Shown: in pieces, positions 17,201 to 27,911 of the stretch
Layout: every line of letters begins with the position of its first letter
Numbering within the stretch: position 1 is the first letter of the stretch
Assembly (NCBI RefSeq): GCF_040219995.1
Contig: NZ_JAVJUC010000022.1
Location: 70,417 to 134,416 of the forward strand
Direction: 5' to 3'
Length of the DNA: 64,000 nucleotides
From: Roseovarius sp.
Lineage (GTDB): Bacteria; Pseudomonadota; Alphaproteobacteria; Rhodobacterales; Rhodobacteraceae
The notes under the pieces: model-generated
Told to the model about the DNA's origin: nothing
What the model saw: the letters and a program-made list of their open reading frames with translations, nothing else
The model's database searches: none
Made by a program: the position numbers and the translations under genes

Positions 17201-18685
17201 TCACTTCTTCTTGCCGAAACCGGAGAGGCCGGGGGGCAGGCCCATGCCGCCGCCCATTCCGCCGGGCAGCTTGCCGCCCATGGCCTTGGCGGCCTCTTCC
17301 ATTGCCTTGGGGTCGTTCATGTCGGGCATGCCGCCCTTGCCGAACATGCCTGACATGGCTTGCTTGAGCATGCCGCCTTTGCCCATCTTGCCCATCTTCT
17401 TCATCATGTCGGCCATCTGCCGGTGCATCTTCAGAAGCTTGTTGAGATCGGACACCTCTTGCCCCGCGCCCCGCGCGATACGTTTCTTGCGGCTGGCCTG
17501 TAACAGGGCGGGATTGGCGCGTTCTTTTTTCGTCATCGACTGGATGAGGGCGATCTGGCGCAGGATCATCTTGTCGTCAAAGCCCGACTCCTGCACCTGT
17601 TTCGCCATCTTGCCCATGCCGGGCATCATCCCCATCAGGCCTTGCATGCCGCCCATCTTCTGCATCTGCTCAAGCTGGCTGCGCAGGTCGTTCATGTTGA
17701 ACTGACCCTTCTGCATCCGGCGCATCATGCGTTCGGCCTGTTCGGCCTCGATGGTTTCCTGCGCCTTTTCCACCAGCGCCACGATGTCGCCCATGCCGAG
17801 GATGCGACCGGCGATGCGCTCGGGCTCAAACGTCTCGATGGCGTCCATCTTTTCGCCGAGGCCCACGAAACGGATCGGCTTGCCGGTGACGGCGCGCATC
17901 GAGAGGGCGGCACCGCCGCGCCCGTCGCCATCCATCCGGGTGAGGACGACGCCGGAGACGCCGATCTTGTCATCGAATTCGGTGGCGACGTTGACGGCAT
18001 CCTGACCTGTGAGGCCATCGACGACGAGCAGGGTTTCGCGCGGATTGGCGACGTCGCGCACCGCTGCCGCCTGTGCGATCAGGTCAGCGTCGATATGCAA
18101 GCGGCCCGCCGTGTCGAGCATGTAGACGTCATAGCCGCCCAGGGAGGCCTGCGTCTTGGCGCGTTTGGCGATGGCGACCGGGTCTTCGCCCTTGACGATG
18201 GGCAGGGTGTCGACGCCGATCTGCTGGCCGAGAATGGCCAGCTGTTCCATCGCCGCCGGGCGGTTGACGTCGAGCGAGGCCATCAGCACCTTTTTGCCGT
18301 CGCGCTCTTTCAGGCGCTTTGCAAGCTTGGCGGTGGTGGTGGTCTTGCCCGAGCCCTGCAGGCCGACCATCAGGATCGGCGCGGGCGGGTTGTCGATCTT
18401 GAGTGCGCCGGGGTCTTCGCTGCCGCGCAGCGTCTCGATCAGGGCGTCATGGACGATCTTGACGACCTGCTGGCCCGGCGTCACCGATTTGGTGACCGCC
18501 TGACCGGTGGCCTGCGATTCGACCTTTTTGATGAACTCGCGGGCGACGGGCAGCGAGACGTCGGCCTCCAGCAGCGCGACGCGCACCTCGCGCAGGGCGG
18601 TCTTGACGTCCTCTTCGGAAAGCGCGCCCTGCTTGGTCAGCCGGTCGAGGACGCCGGAGAGGCGTTCGGACAGATTTTCAAACAT
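17201..18685 (-). CDS. ffh: Signal recognition particle protein
   Basis: GLQGSGKTTT, DTAGR, Met-rich M domain. Confidence 0.98.
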   Translation of the reverse strand: MFENLSERLSGVLDRLTKQGALSEEDVKTALREVRVALLEADVSLPVAREFIKKVESQATGQAVTKSVTPGQQVVKIVHDALIETLRGSEDPGALKIDNPPAPILMVGLQGSGKTTTTAKLAKRLKERDGKKVLMASLDVNRPAAMEQLAILGQQIGVDTLPIVKGEDPVAIAKRAKTQASLGGYDVYMLDTAGRLHIDADLIAQAAAVRDVANPRETLLVVDGLTGQDAVNVATEFDDKIGVSGVVLTRMDGDGRGGAALSMRAVTGKPIRFVGLGEKMDAIETFEPERIAGRILGMGDIVALVEKAQETIEAEQAERMMRRMQKGQFNMNDLRSQLEQMQKMGGMQGLMGMMPGMGKMAKQVQESGFDDKMILRQIALIQSMTKKERANPALLQASRKKRIARGAGQEVSDLNKLLKMHRQMADMMKKMGKMGKGGMLKQAMSGMFGKGGMPDMNDPKAMEEAAKAMGGKLPGGMGGGMGLPPGLSGFGKKK

Positions 18686-18741
18686 CACTCGGGCTCCTTC
18701 GCCGGTTCCTGTCTGTCACCCGATATAGGGGCAACGGTTCA

Positions 18742-18830
18742 AACGATAAACGCCCCCGTGGGCGCAACGCGCTGACGGGGGGCGATCCCGGACCGCGCCC
18801 GGGACCGGAAGCATGCGGCTTCCGGGGTGT
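18742..18830 (-). ncRNA. Structured 5' leader of ffh with three hairpins
   Basis: ccggaagc/gcttccgg, cccgg/ccggg and cgcccc-cgt/acg-ggggcg stems between promoter and RBS. Confidence 0.5.
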
Positions 18831-18838
18831 TGGGGTGG

Positions 18839-18867
18839 CGTTTACGCGCGCGGGGCGGGCGAGTCAA
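18839..18867 (-). promoter_or_regulatory. Sigma70-type promoter TTGACT-N17-TAAACG for ffh
   Basis: Read on the minus strand. Confidence 0.6.
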
Positions 18868-18965
18868 GCGGGCGGGGAGGGCTGTTGTAGTTCGCGCGCG
18901 AACGTATAGATTGAATGCGGCCTCTCATGTTGAGGGATGCACAGGGCGCAAGGATGCGGGCGGTG

Positions 18966-19847
18966 ATGGACAATTGGGATGAGGTGCGGACCGCCTATAA
19001 CGTGGCGCGCGTGGGCACGGTGAGCGGGGCGGCGGAGGTGCTGGGCGTGCATCATGCCACCGTCATCCGCCATATTGACGCGCTTGAGGAGCGGCTGGGG
19101 GTGAAGCTTTTTCAGCGGCATGCGCGCGGTTACACGCCGACCGAGGCGGGCGATGACCTGTTGCGCGTGGCGCAGGCCACCGACGATCAGTTCAACCAAC
19201 TGGCCGGGCGGATCAAGGGGCGCGGCAATGATGTGTCGGGCGAATTGGTGGTGACCTCGATCGGCGGCTTGAGCCATCTTCTGGCCCCGGTGCTGGCGGA
19301 GTTTCAGCAGGGCTATCCCGATCTGGTGGTGCGCTACCTGACCGGCGATCGCCTCTTTCGGCTGGAATATGGCGAGGCGCATGTGGCGATCCGGGCAGGC
19401 GCGGTGCCGGATCAGCCCGACAACGTGGTGCAGCCGTTCTTTCAGCAGCAGTTCACGCTCTATGCCAGTGAGGGTTACGCCGCCCGGCACGGCCTGCCCA
19501 AGGGCTGCGGGGAGTTCGGGCAACATCGCTTTATCGGGGCGGATGACCCCAAGACGCGCGCACCGTTTCACCGCTGGTTGCAGGATAATGTGCCGGGCGA
19601 GAATATCGTGTTCCGTTCCGGCGACGTGCATGCGCAGCGCAACGCGATCCTTGCGGGGGCGGGGATCGGGTTCACCTCGGTGTTGCAGGCCGCCGAGGTG
19701 CCGGGGCTGGTTCAGGTGATGGAGCCCAAGCCGGAATGGGCGGCGCCGCTGTGGCTGGTCACGCATATGGATTTGCATCGCACCACCAAGGTGCAGGCGT
19801 TCCTCACGTTTCTCAAGGAGCGGGCGAGCGGCTGGCAGGTGGAGTAG
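18966..19847 (+). CDS. LysR family transcriptional regulator
   Basis: GTVSGAAEVLGVHHATVIRHIDALEERLGVKLFQR HTH; start taken at MDNWDE. Confidence 0.93.
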   Translation: MDNWDEVRTAYNVARVGTVSGAAEVLGVHHATVIRHIDALEERLGVKLFQRHARGYTPTEAGDDLLRVAQATDDQFNQLAGRIKGRGNDVSGELVVTSIGGLSHLLAPVLAEFQQGYPDLVVRYLTGDRLFRLEYGEAHVAIRAGAVPDQPDNVVQPFFQQQFTLYASEGYAARHGLPKGCGEFGQHRFIGADDPKTRAPFHRWLQDNVPGENIVFRSGDVHAQRNAILAGAGIGFTSVLQAAEVPGLVQVMEPKPEWAAPLWLVTHMDLHRTTKVQAFLTFLKERASGWQVE

Positions 19848-19853
19848 CCGTGC

Positions 19854-20825
19854 TCAGATGAAGCCGCCTGCGCGCAAGTCGGCGCGCAACCGGTGCAGTT
19901 CGGGGGGCAGGGTGCTGTCATCCGGGGTGTCCGTCAGGTGCGAGAGCGCGGCGCTGGTCCATAGATCGGCCTCGCCCATCTGCGTGATCTGGCGGGCGAT
20001 GGCGTCGAACACGTGCTGGCGGGTGCGGCGCTGAATGAGGCCGACGCGGGTGCCGGGCTGCATCACGAAGGGCGCGAGATGAAAGGCTGAGCCGTCGGGG
20101 CCGACGATGACGCGCGCGGCGCGGTAGCGGGCGATCTGTTCGGTGACGGTGTGGCGTTCGGGGTGAAAGATGGTGAACCCCGCATGGGACATCCAGCGTT
20201 CGATCTGTTGCTCATGCGGGACCTGTTGCGCCGGGGTCTTGAGCCTGCGGCGTGAGACATAGAGCTTTTCGGGGCCGTCGGCGGGCACGGCGGCGCAGAG
20301 ATGCGTGCGCATGTAGCTGCGCGCCTCGGGGGTGCCGTGAGTCCAGTGCAGGTGGCCGAAGCCTTGTGAGGGGATGATCGCCTCGTCGACCTGCACCGGG
20401 GTTTCCACCAGATGCACCGGCAGGTGCTGCCCGAGAATGTCCAGCAGCGGGCCGAGGCGGCGGCGCAGCACGGCGGCGATGTCGCGCCCGGCCATCGGGA
20501 TGAGCGCGATGCCGTCGGGCCGGGTGCTCAGGTGGTCGAGCGCCCAGAGCCGCGGGAGCGCTTCGAGCAGGAAATGCCCGAAATGATGCCGCCCGACCCC
20601 GGCAAAGAGCCAGCGGCCGGGCAGGTGGGTGGCCGGTGTTTCGGACGGTGTCGGATCGGGGGTAAAGCGGCTGGCCGAAAGCAGGGTGCGCGCGGCGTGT
20701 ACTGGGGCGCCGTCCGCGTCCAGTATGCCGCAGGCGCGGTCCTGCGCGCCGGGCATCGGCAGGAGGGTGGCCTGCTTGATATAAGTGATCTGCGCCTCGG
20801 GGAGGCTGCGGGCGTCAGGTGTCAT
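19854..20825 (-). CDS. Glycosyltransferase family 61 / DUF563-like protein
   Basis: HFGHFLLEALPRLW, KLYVSRR, HPE....EQI..Y..A..IVG..GSA.H. Confidence 0.8.
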   Translation of the reverse strand: MTPDARSLPEAQITYIKQATLLPMPGAQDRACGILDADGAPVHAARTLLSASRFTPDPTPSETPATHLPGRWLFAGVGRHHFGHFLLEALPRLWALDHLSTRPDGIALIPMAGRDIAAVLRRRLGPLLDILGQHLPVHLVETPVQVDEAIIPSQGFGHLHWTHGTPEARSYMRTHLCAAVPADGPEKLYVSRRRLKTPAQQVPHEQQIERWMSHAGFTIFHPERHTVTEQIARYRAARVIVGPDGSAFHLAPFVMQPGTRVGLIQRRTRQHVFDAIARQITQMGEADLWTSAALSHLTDTPDDSTLPPELHRLRADLRAGGFI

Positions 20826-21150
20826 CGGGCAGTTCCGTGCGCAGGAACCGCTCGAACGCGTCGAGATGCACCGCCTCGAACTGGCCGAAGCCCTGCATCC
20901 AGATCGAGGCGTCGCGCAGCGCGTCGGGCTCCAGCCTGCACCAGACCACGCGGCCGCGCCGCTCCTGGCTGATCAGACCGGCGCGGCTGAGGATGCCGAG
21001 ATGCTTGGAAATCGCGGCGAGGCTCATCTCGAACGGTTCGGCCACATCGGTGACGGCCATGTCATCCTCGAGCAGCATCGACAGGATCGCCCGCCGGGTG
21101 GGATCGGCGAGGGCGGCGAAAACGGTGTCGAGGGCGGTGGCCTTGTCCAT
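20815..21150 (-). CDS. ArsR/SmtB family transcriptional regulator
   Basis: VFAALADPTRRAIL, MSLAAISKHLGIL; stop overlaps the glycosyltransferase start. Confidence 0.9.
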   Translation of the reverse strand: MDKATALDTVFAALADPTRRAILSMLLEDDMAVTDVAEPFEMSLAAISKHLGILSRAGLISQERRGRVVWCRLEPDALRDASIWMQGFGQFEAVHLDAFERFLRTELPDDT

Positions 21151-21251
21151 GCCGCTCATAAGCCCGAGCGCGCCCCGCGCGTCAACGGCCATCGCGGGTG
21201 GACGCATCGCAAATGCGCCGTTTTTCCGGGTTTTTTGGCCGGAAAAGGGGT

Positions 21252-21265
21252 TTGATCTGGGACAA
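21252..21265. promoter_or_regulatory. Possible FNR-type box TTGAT-N4-GACAA upstream of the USP gene
   Basis: One perfect half-site; the other has two mismatches to ATCAA. Confidence 0.35.
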
Positions 21266-21329
21266 AGCAGTGTCAGGCTGGTGCCGTTAGGCTCAAAAAG
21301 CGATCCAAGGAAACGCGAAAGGAAAGAAT

Positions 21330-21743
21330 ATGTTCTCCAAAATCATGGTTCCCGTCGATCTGGTTCACAAGGACACGTTGGGCAAGGCGCTCGATGTGGC
21401 CGGTGACATGGCCAAGCGCCATGGCGCGTCGATCGACGTGGTCAGCGTGGGCGGTGAATTGCCCGGCGAGTTGGGACACACGCCGCAGGAATTCGGCGAC
21501 CGCCTGCAGGGCTTTGCGGATGAGCTGCGCGAGAAATACGGCGTCACCGTCAAGGCCGATCCGCTGATGGCGCATGATCCGGCGGTCGAGACCACTGCGG
21601 AACTGATGAAGGCGATCGACAAGACCGGGGCCGATCTGGTGATCATGGCCAGCCACAAGCCCGGCTTTCTGGAGCATATCTTCAGCTCGCATGGCGGCTA
21701 TATCGCGCAGCATGCACAGTGCTCGGTTTTCGTGGTGCGCTGA
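21330..21743 (+). CDS. Universal stress protein (UspA family)
   Basis: KIMVPVDL, ADLVIMASH, FSSHGG.IAQHA.CSVFVVR. Confidence 0.92.
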   Translation: MFSKIMVPVDLVHKDTLGKALDVAGDMAKRHGASIDVVSVGGELPGELGHTPQEFGDRLQGFADELREKYGVTVKADPLMAHDPAVETTAELMKAIDKTGADLVIMASHKPGFLEHIFSSHGGYIAQHAQCSVFVVR

Positions 21744-21944
21744 TACTCAACCGAAAAGTTGAATATGGGCAAACCGCCCCATTGGTCCGGTGGGGCGGTT
21801 GCGGCAGAAGGACACTGCTGTTTCTTTATGGCAAAAATACTCATTAAAACAATGGCTTGAGCCTGAGATGCGCTGGCGCGTATGGTGCTTGACTCATGGC
21901 CCCCTGCGCCATAGCAAAGGCGCAACATATCGAAGGGGCCCCGC

Positions 21945-22286
21945 GTGACCGATCCCGAGCAGAGCGAGCGACTGGCAAAGCTGGAAGCGAGGATTGCAAA
22001 GCTCAAAGGCAAGGATGCGCCGAAGCCCCATCAGGAAGAGCATTATTCTCAGGCGCAGCTTGCCTGGCGGATGGTGATCGAACTGGTGGCCGGTCTGCTG
22101 ATCGGCTTTGGCATGGGATACGGTTTGGATCAGCTTTTCGGCACCATTCCGATATTCCTTGTCATATTCACATTTCTGGGCCTCGCGGCCGGCGTAAAGA
22201 CGATGATGCGCAGCGCCGAGGAGATCCAAAAGGACGCGATGACGCCCAAGACGGGCGCGGAAGAGAGGGACAAGGATGGCGACTGA
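21945..22286 (+). CDS. atpI: AtpZ/AtpI family ATP synthase protein
   Basis: [11 protein letters not shown], two TMs, first gene of the F0 operon; GTG start. Confidence 0.88.
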   Translation: MTDPEQSERLAKLEARIAKLKGKDAPKPHQEEHYSQAQLAWRMVIELVAGLLIGFGMGYGLDQLFGTIPIFLVIFTFLGLAAGVKTMMRSAEEIQKDAMTPKTGAEERDKDGD

Positions 22287-23031
22287 AGCGCAGGGGGCCG
22301 AAGGCGGCATGGAATTCCACCCGATGGATCAGTTCCTGGTCAAGCCGCTCTTTGGTGACGGCCAAGTGGGGATGTTCACGCTGACCAATGCGACGCTGTG
22401 GATGGCGATCACGATCCTCGCGATCTTTGCGCTGCTGGTCATGGGCACCTCGGGCCGCGCCACGATCCCGTCGCGGATGCAGTCGGTGGCCGAACTGGCC
22501 TATGATTTCGTGCGCAAGATGGTCGAGGATGTGGCGGGCAAGGAAGCGCTGGTCTTTTTCCCCTATATCATGACGCTGTTCATGTTCATCGTGTTTGCCA
22601 ACTTCCTCGGGCTCTTGCCGATGGCGTTCACCACCACCAGCCATATCGCCGTGACGGCGGTGCTGGCGATGATGGTGTTCCTGACGGTGACGATCCTCGG
22701 TTTCGTCAAGAACGGCGCGGCCTTCCTGAGCCTCTTCTGGGTCAGTTCCGCGCCGCTGGCACTGCGGCCCATTCTGGCGATCATCGAGTTGATTTCCTAC
22801 TTCGTGCGCCCGGTCAGCCACTCCATTCGTCTGGCGGGCAACATGATGGCCGGTCACGCCGTGATCAAGGTGTTCGCGGGCTTCAGCCAGGTGGCGATGA
22901 TCGCCCCGCTGTCGATCCTCGCGGTGTCGGCGATGTACGGGCTCGAAGTGCTGGTGTCCTTCATCCAGGCCTATGTCTTTACCATCCTCACCTGCGTCTA
23001 TCTCAAGGACGCGCTGCATCCGCATCACTGA
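22276..23031 (+). CDS. atpB: F0 ATP synthase subunit a
   Basis: [27 protein letters not shown]. Confidence 0.97.
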   Translation: MATEAQGAEGGMEFHPMDQFLVKPLFGDGQVGMFTLTNATLWMAITILAIFALLVMGTSGRATIPSRMQSVAELAYDFVRKMVEDVAGKEALVFFPYIMTLFMFIVFANFLGLLPMAFTTTSHIAVTAVLAMMVFLTVTILGFVKNGAAFLSLFWVSSAPLALRPILAIIELISYFVRPVSHSIRLAGNMMAGHAVIKVFAGFSQVAMIAPLSILAVSAMYGLEVLVSFIQAYVFTILTCVYLKDALHPHH

Positions 23032-23136
23032 GGGTAACTGTGGGCATCCCCCACTCATCGAACAACCAGACGACGGCGGGTTCGCCCGCCTCACGACTAA
23101 CCTAGCAATGCCAATTCCAACGTAAGGAGACATCTC

Positions 23137-23373
23137 ATGGAAGGCGATATCGCACAACTGGGTCAATTCATCGGTGCAGGCCTCGCAGGCATCGGTTCGG
23201 GTGCTGCCGCAATCGGTGTGGGCCACGTGGCCGGCAACTTCCTCGCGGGCGCGCTGCGCAATCCGTCGGCTGCCGCCGGTCAGACCGCGACGCTGTTCAT
23301 CGGCATCGCATTCGCCGAAGCCCTGGGGATCTTCTCGTTCCTCATCGCGCTTCTGCTGATGTTCGCCGTCTGA
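23137..23373 (+). CDS. atpE: F0 ATP synthase subunit c
   Basis: [18 protein letters not shown] (proton-carrying Glu). Confidence 0.97.
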   Translation: MEGDIAQLGQFIGAGLAGIGSGAAAIGVGHVAGNFLAGALRNPSAAAGQTATLFIGIAFAEALGIFSFLIALLLMFAV

Positions 23374-23399
23374 GCCTTACGGGTATCTGATCCTTACGG

Positions 23400-23428
23400 C
23401 CGGAGGGCGGCGATGCGCCGCCTTCCGG
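23400..23428 (+). other. Strong hairpin between atpE and the b' gene (probable mRNA stabiliser or processing site)
   Basis: ccggagggcggcg-atg-cgccgccttccgg, 13 bp stem, no U-tract. Confidence 0.55.
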
Positions 23429-23459
23429 TGTAACCGGAACATTCCCCAGGGAGGACGAC

Positions 23460-23981
23460 ATGGCGAGCGAAACGCAAGGGGCCGAAGCCGCAACGGGCTT
23501 GCCTCAGCTCGATATCACGACATTCTCCAACCAGATCTTCTGGCTGTTGGTGTCACTGGTCGTGATCTACTTCATCCTGTCGCGCGTGGCCTTGCCGCGC
23601 ATCGCGGCAGTGCTGGCCGAGCGTCAGGGGACGATCACCAACGATCTTGCCGCTGCCGAAGACCTCAAGGCCAAGGCCGTCGAGGCCGAGGAAGCGTATA
23701 ACAAGGCGCTGGCCGATGCCCGTGCCGAGGCGCAGAAGATCATCGCCGAGACCAAGGCCGAGATCAAAGCCGATCTCGACAAGGCCAATGAAGAGGCCGA
23801 TGCCGAGATCGCGGAGCGGACCGCCGAGGGCGAGAAGAAGCTTGCGGAGATCCGTGAAAGTGCCATGGAGAGCGTGCGCGAGGTGGCCAAGGACACGGCT
23901 GCCGAGATCGTCTCGGCCATGGGTGGCAAGGCCGATGGCCGCAGTGTCACCGCTGCGATCAACGCCCGGATGAAAGGATGA
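23460..23981 (+). CDS. atpG: F0 ATP synthase subunit b'
   Basis: GLPQLD...NQIFWL...LPRI...ER; the symbol varies between annotations (atpX/atpF2). Confidence 0.93.
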   Translation: MASETQGAEAATGLPQLDITTFSNQIFWLLVSLVVIYFILSRVALPRIAAVLAERQGTITNDLAAAEDLKAKAVEAEEAYNKALADARAEAQKIIAETKAEIKADLDKANEEADAEIAERTAEGEKKLAEIRESAMESVREVAKDTAAEIVSAMGGKADGRSVTAAINARMKG

Positions 23982-24547
23982 GAGCCATGCGCAAGCTGAC
24001 ACTGACCGTCGCCGCATCCGGGATCGCCAGCCCGGCGCTGGCCGCGTCGGGGCCGTTCTTTTCGCTGAGCAACACCGATTTCGTGGTGCTGCTGGCGTTC
24101 CTGCTGTTCGTCGGCTTCCTGACCTATATGAAGGTGCCGGGGCTGATCGGCAAGAAGCTGGACGAGCGGGCGGAGGGCATCAAGTCCGAACTCGACGAGG
24201 CGCGTGCGCTGCGCGAGGAGGCACAGACCCTGCTGGCGAGCTATGAGCGCAAGCAGAAGGAAGTGCAGGACCAGGCCGATCGCATCATCGCCCAGGCCAA
24301 GGAGGAGGCAAATCAGGCCGCCGCCGAGGCCAAGGATGACATCAAGGCCTCGATCGCGCGCCGTTTGCAGGCCGCCGAAGACCAGATCAAGAGCGCCGAG
24401 GCGCGGGCGATCCGGGATGTGCGGGATCAGGCGGTGAATGTCGCCGTGGCCGCCGCGCGCGACGTGATCGCCAAGCAGATGACCGCCGCCGAGGGCAATA
24501 CGCTGATCGACAACGGCATCGCCGAGGTCGAAGCCAAGCTTCACTGA
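23978..24547 (+). CDS. atpF: F0 ATP synthase subunit b
   Basis: [21 protein letters not shown]. Confidence 0.95.
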   Translation: MRAMRKLTLTVAASGIASPALAASGPFFSLSNTDFVVLLAFLLFVGFLTYMKVPGLIGKKLDERAEGIKSELDEARALREEAQTLLASYERKQKEVQDQADRIIAQAKEEANQAAAEAKDDIKASIARRLQAAEDQIKSAEARAIRDVRDQAVNVAVAAARDVIAKQMTAAEGNTLIDNGIAEVEAKLH

Positions 24548-24571
24548 GGGCTCTGGCAGAGAGTTTGAATG

Positions 24572-24603
24572 GCCCGGTCCGGCGACGGATCGGGCTTTTT
24601 CTT
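24572..24603 (+). terminator. Intrinsic terminator of the atp F0 operon
   Basis: gcccggtccg/cggatcgggc stem followed by TTTTTCTT. Confidence 0.8.
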
Positions 24604-24616
24604 GTCGGCTGATGTC

Positions 24617-24759
24617 TTGTGATCACAAAATCAACGCTTTGAGGAGTGTGACTTGCAGGCAGTCTCTGGGTTTGGGGATAAGACTCAGTGTGGCGGCGCG
24701 TTTTGTTGGGCATACATCATCTGGAAATTGTGATCACACGATAAATGATGTGATCACAA
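24617..24759. promoter_or_regulatory. Three TGTGATCACA palindromes upstream of sdhC (24618, 24729, 24749)
   Basis: Three exact 10-mer copies in an AT-rich intergenic region. Confidence 0.75.
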
Positions 24760-24898
24760 AGCCAAAGTTTTTGCGGCGAATTGCCCTGATTGTCAGGAAT
24801 TCTACTTCGTGACAGGTGACAGCGCCCTGAAAAAGTTTCAAAACAGGGGCAGCTTGAGCCGGCGCATGCGCCGCCGCCATCTGTAAAGGAGGTTCTCC

Positions 24899-25297
24899 AT
24901 GGCCGAAACCGATCTGGCCCGCACCGAACAGGTAGAACGCCCACTGTCCCCGCATTTGCAGGTCTACCGCCCGCAGCTGACCTCGATCACCTCGATCCTG
25001 ACGCGGATCACCGGGAACGCGCTCGTCGTGGCGGCGCTTTTGATTGTGTGGTGGCTACTCGCGGCCTCGACCTCGGATGACTATTTCGCGATGGCAAATG
25101 CCGTGCTGACCTCATGGTTTGGCGATCTGGTGATGACGCTGTCGCTCTGGGCGATCTGGTATCACTATCTCGCGGGGCTGCGGCATTTCTATTTCGATGC
25201 GGGCAAGGGCCTCGACATTCCCACGGCGGAAAAGCTGGGCTGGGGCTGCATCATCGGCTCGGTCGTGTTGACCGTCATCACGCTGTTTCTGGTCTGA
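24899..25297 (+). CDS. sdhC: Succinate dehydrogenase cytochrome b556 subunit
   Basis: RPLSPHLQVYRPQ, GLRH. Confidence 0.96.
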   Translation: MAETDLARTEQVERPLSPHLQVYRPQLTSITSILTRITGNALVVAALLIVWWLLAASTSDDYFAMANAVLTSWFGDLVMTLSLWAIWYHYLAGLRHFYFDAGKGLDIPTAEKLGWGCIIGSVVLTVITLFLV

Positions 25298-25307
25298 GGA
25301 GGGAAAG

Positions 25308-25679
25308 ATGCGTTATCTGACCGCACGTAAACGGGCCGAAGGCAAGGGTGCCGCTGGCACCGGAACCGAGCATTTCTGGTACATGAAGATGTCGGGTGTG
25401 GGCCTTGCGATCATCACCCCGGTCTTTCTGGTCGCCTTCGGGCGCGCGCTCGGCGGGGACCGCGCCGAGGTGCTGGACGCCTTTTCGCATCCCGGCATGG
25501 CGATCCTCACCGGCCTGATGATCTTTTTCGGGCTGCGCCATTTCGCGGGCGGCGCGCAGACGATGATCGAGGATTATGCCCATGGCATGACGCGCCGGGC
25601 CCTGATTATCGCGGTGACCGTTCTAAGTTACGGGATGATCGCCACCGGGCTTTTCGCCCTCGCCAAGATTGCGCTGTGA
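25308..25679 (+). CDS. sdhD: Succinate dehydrogenase membrane anchor subunit
   Basis: G.A..GTEHFW, IEDYAHG. Confidence 0.94.
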   Translation: MRYLTARKRAEGKGAAGTGTEHFWYMKMSGVGLAIITPVFLVAFGRALGGDRAEVLDAFSHPGMAILTGLMIFFGLRHFAGGAQTMIEDYAHGMTRRALIIAVTVLSYGMIATGLFALAKIAL

Positions 25680-25691
25680 GGAACTGATTAA

Positions 25692-27494
25692 ATGGCTGCT
25701 TATGAATACGAGACGCATGATTACGACGTCGTGGTCGTGGGGGCCGGTGGGGCCGGGCTGCGCGCCACGCTCGGCATGGCCGAACAGGGGCTGCGCACCG
25801 CCTGCGTGACCAAGGTGTTCCCGACCCGCTCGCATACCGTGGCCGCGCAGGGTGGCATCGCGGCGAGCCTTGGCAACATGGGGCCCGATAGCTGGCAGTG
25901 GCATATGTATGACACGGTCAAGGGGTCGGACTGGCTGGGCGATACCGACGCGATGGAATATCTCGCGCGCGAGGCGCCCAAGGCGGTTTACGAGTTGGAG
26001 CATTACGGTGTGCCGTTCTCGCGCACCGAAGAAGGCAAGATCTATCAGCGTCCCTTTGGCGGCCATACGACCGAGTTTGGTGAAGGCCCGCCGGTGCAGC
26101 GCACCTGTGCCGCCGCCGACCGGACCGGCCACGCGATCCTGCACACGCTTTACGGCCAGAGCCTGAAGGAAAAGGCCGAGTTCTACATCGAGTATTTCGC
26201 GATTGACCTGATCATGACCGATGGGGCGTGCACCGGTGTCGTCTGCTGGAAACTAGACGATGGCACGATGCATGTCTTCAACGCCAAGATGGTGGTGCTG
26301 GCGACGGGTGGCTATGGCCGGGCGTATTTCTCGGCGACCTCGGCGCATACCTGCACCGGTGACGGCAATGGCATGGTGGCGCGGGCGGGTCTGCCGCTTC
26401 AGGATATGGAATTCGTGCAGTTCCACCCGACCGGCATTTTCGGCGCGGGCTGCCTCATTACCGAGGGCGCGCGCGGCGAGGGCGGGTATCTCACCAACTC
26501 CGAGGGTGAGCGGTTCATGGAACGCTACGCGCCCAACTACAAGGATCTGGCCCCGCGCGACTATGTCAGCCGCTGCATGACGATGGAAATCCGCGAAGGG
26601 CGCGGTGTCGGGTCGGGGGGCGATCATATCCACCTGAACCTGAGCCACCTGCCGCCCGAGGCGCTGAACCTGCGCCTGCCGGGGATTTCCGAAAGCGCCA
26701 AGATCTTTGCCGGGGTCGATGTGACCAAGGAGCCGATTCCTGTGCTGCCCACGGTGCATTACAACATGGGCGGCATTCCGGCGAATTACTGGGGCGAGGT
26801 GATCAACCCGACCAAGGACGATCCGCACGCCGTGGTGCCCGGCCTGATGGCCGTGGGCGAGGCGGCCTGTGCCTCGGTGCATGGGGCGAACCGGCTGGGC
26901 TCGAATTCGCTGATCGACCTGGTGGTGTTCGGTCGTGCGGCGGCCATTCGGGCGGGCAAGGTGGTGGACCCCGAGAGTGCGGTGCCTGCGACCAATGTGG
27001 CCGAGGTGGACCGCGCGCTTGATCGCTTTGACAAGCTGCGCCATGCGGATGGCGCGGTGCCGACCGCCGATCTGCGGCTGGAGATGCAAAAGACGATGCA
27101 GGCGGATGCCGCCGTCTTCCGCACCTCCAAGACGCTGGCCGACGGGGTCGAGAAGATGAAGGGTGTGGCCGCCAAGATGGGTGATATCAAGGTCACCGAC
27201 CGCAGCCTGGTATGGAACAGCGACCTGATGGAGACGCTGGAACTGACCAACCTTATGCCCTGTGCGCTGTCGACGATCTTTGGTGCCGAGGCGCGCAAGG
27301 AAAGCCGGGGCGCGCATGCGCATGAGGATTTCAGCACCCGCGACGATGAGACCTGGCGCGTGCACACGATTGCGCGGATCGGTGAGACGGATGTCGATCT
27401 GAGCTATCGCCCGATCATCGAGGACCCGATCACGCCCGAGGATCAGGGCGGCATCAGCCTCAAGAAGATTGCACCGAAGGAAAGGACATTCTGA
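25692..27494 (+). CDS. sdhA: Succinate dehydrogenase flavoprotein
   Basis: [29 protein letters not shown]. Confidence 0.98.
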   Translation: MAAYEYETHDYDVVVVGAGGAGLRATLGMAEQGLRTACVTKVFPTRSHTVAAQGGIAASLGNMGPDSWQWHMYDTVKGSDWLGDTDAMEYLAREAPKAVYELEHYGVPFSRTEEGKIYQRPFGGHTTEFGEGPPVQRTCAAADRTGHAILHTLYGQSLKEKAEFYIEYFAIDLIMTDGACTGVVCWKLDDGTMHVFNAKMVVLATGGYGRAYFSATSAHTCTGDGNGMVARAGLPLQDMEFVQFHPTGIFGAGCLITEGARGEGGYLTNSEGERFMERYAPNYKDLAPRDYVSRCMTMEIREGRGVGSGGDHIHLNLSHLPPEALNLRLPGISESAKIFAGVDVTKEPIPVLPTVHYNMGGIPANYWGEVINPTKDDPHAVVPGLMAVGEAACASVHGANRLGSNSLIDLVVFGRAAAIRAGKVVDPESAVPATNVAEVDRALDRFDKLRHADGAVPTADLRLEMQKTMQADAAVFRTSKTLADGVEKMKGVAAKMGDIKVTDRSLVWNSDLMETLELTNLMPCALSTIFGAEARKESRGAHAHEDFSTRDDETWRVHTIARIGETDVDLSYRPIIEDPITPEDQGGISLKKIAPKERTF

Positions 27495-27907
27495 TGCGGA
27501 TTTTTACCAAGGGAGTGATCTCCGCCGTCCTCGGTCTCGGTCTGAGCCTTGCGAGCGTCACGGCCTCGTTTGCCGATCCCAACCGGTATATCCCGGTGCG
27601 CGACCAACGCGCGGCGATCCTGGATTGCCGCTACGAGATGGGGCTGCGCGGTGCGGCGCGCTTTGCCGCCGAATGGCCGGAGGTGCCGCCCGGCGGGCAG
27701 ACGGTCTCGTGGATCGTGCCGGGGCCGAACCTGAGCCCGGCGCAGACCGACCGGGTGAATGAATGCGCCGACAAGCGGCTGGGCCGCAACCCGACGCCGC
27801 GTTTTGCCTCGGGCGAGCAGCGGAGGGTCGAGCGTCGCTACAGCCGGTGCCCGAAGCACGCCGCGATCTTTGTTCGCGGTTCGAGCTATTGCATCAAGGG
27901 CAACTGA
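27494..27907 (+). CDS. Hypothetical secreted protein with 4 Cys
   Basis: Signal peptide ending ASFA; start overlaps the sdhA stop. Confidence 0.7.
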   Translation: MRIFTKGVISAVLGLGLSLASVTASFADPNRYIPVRDQRAAILDCRYEMGLRGAARFAAEWPEVPPGGQTVSWIVPGPNLSPAQTDRVNECADKRLGRNPTPRFASGEQRRVERRYSRCPKHAAIFVRGSSYCIKGN

Positions 27908-27911
27908 CAGA

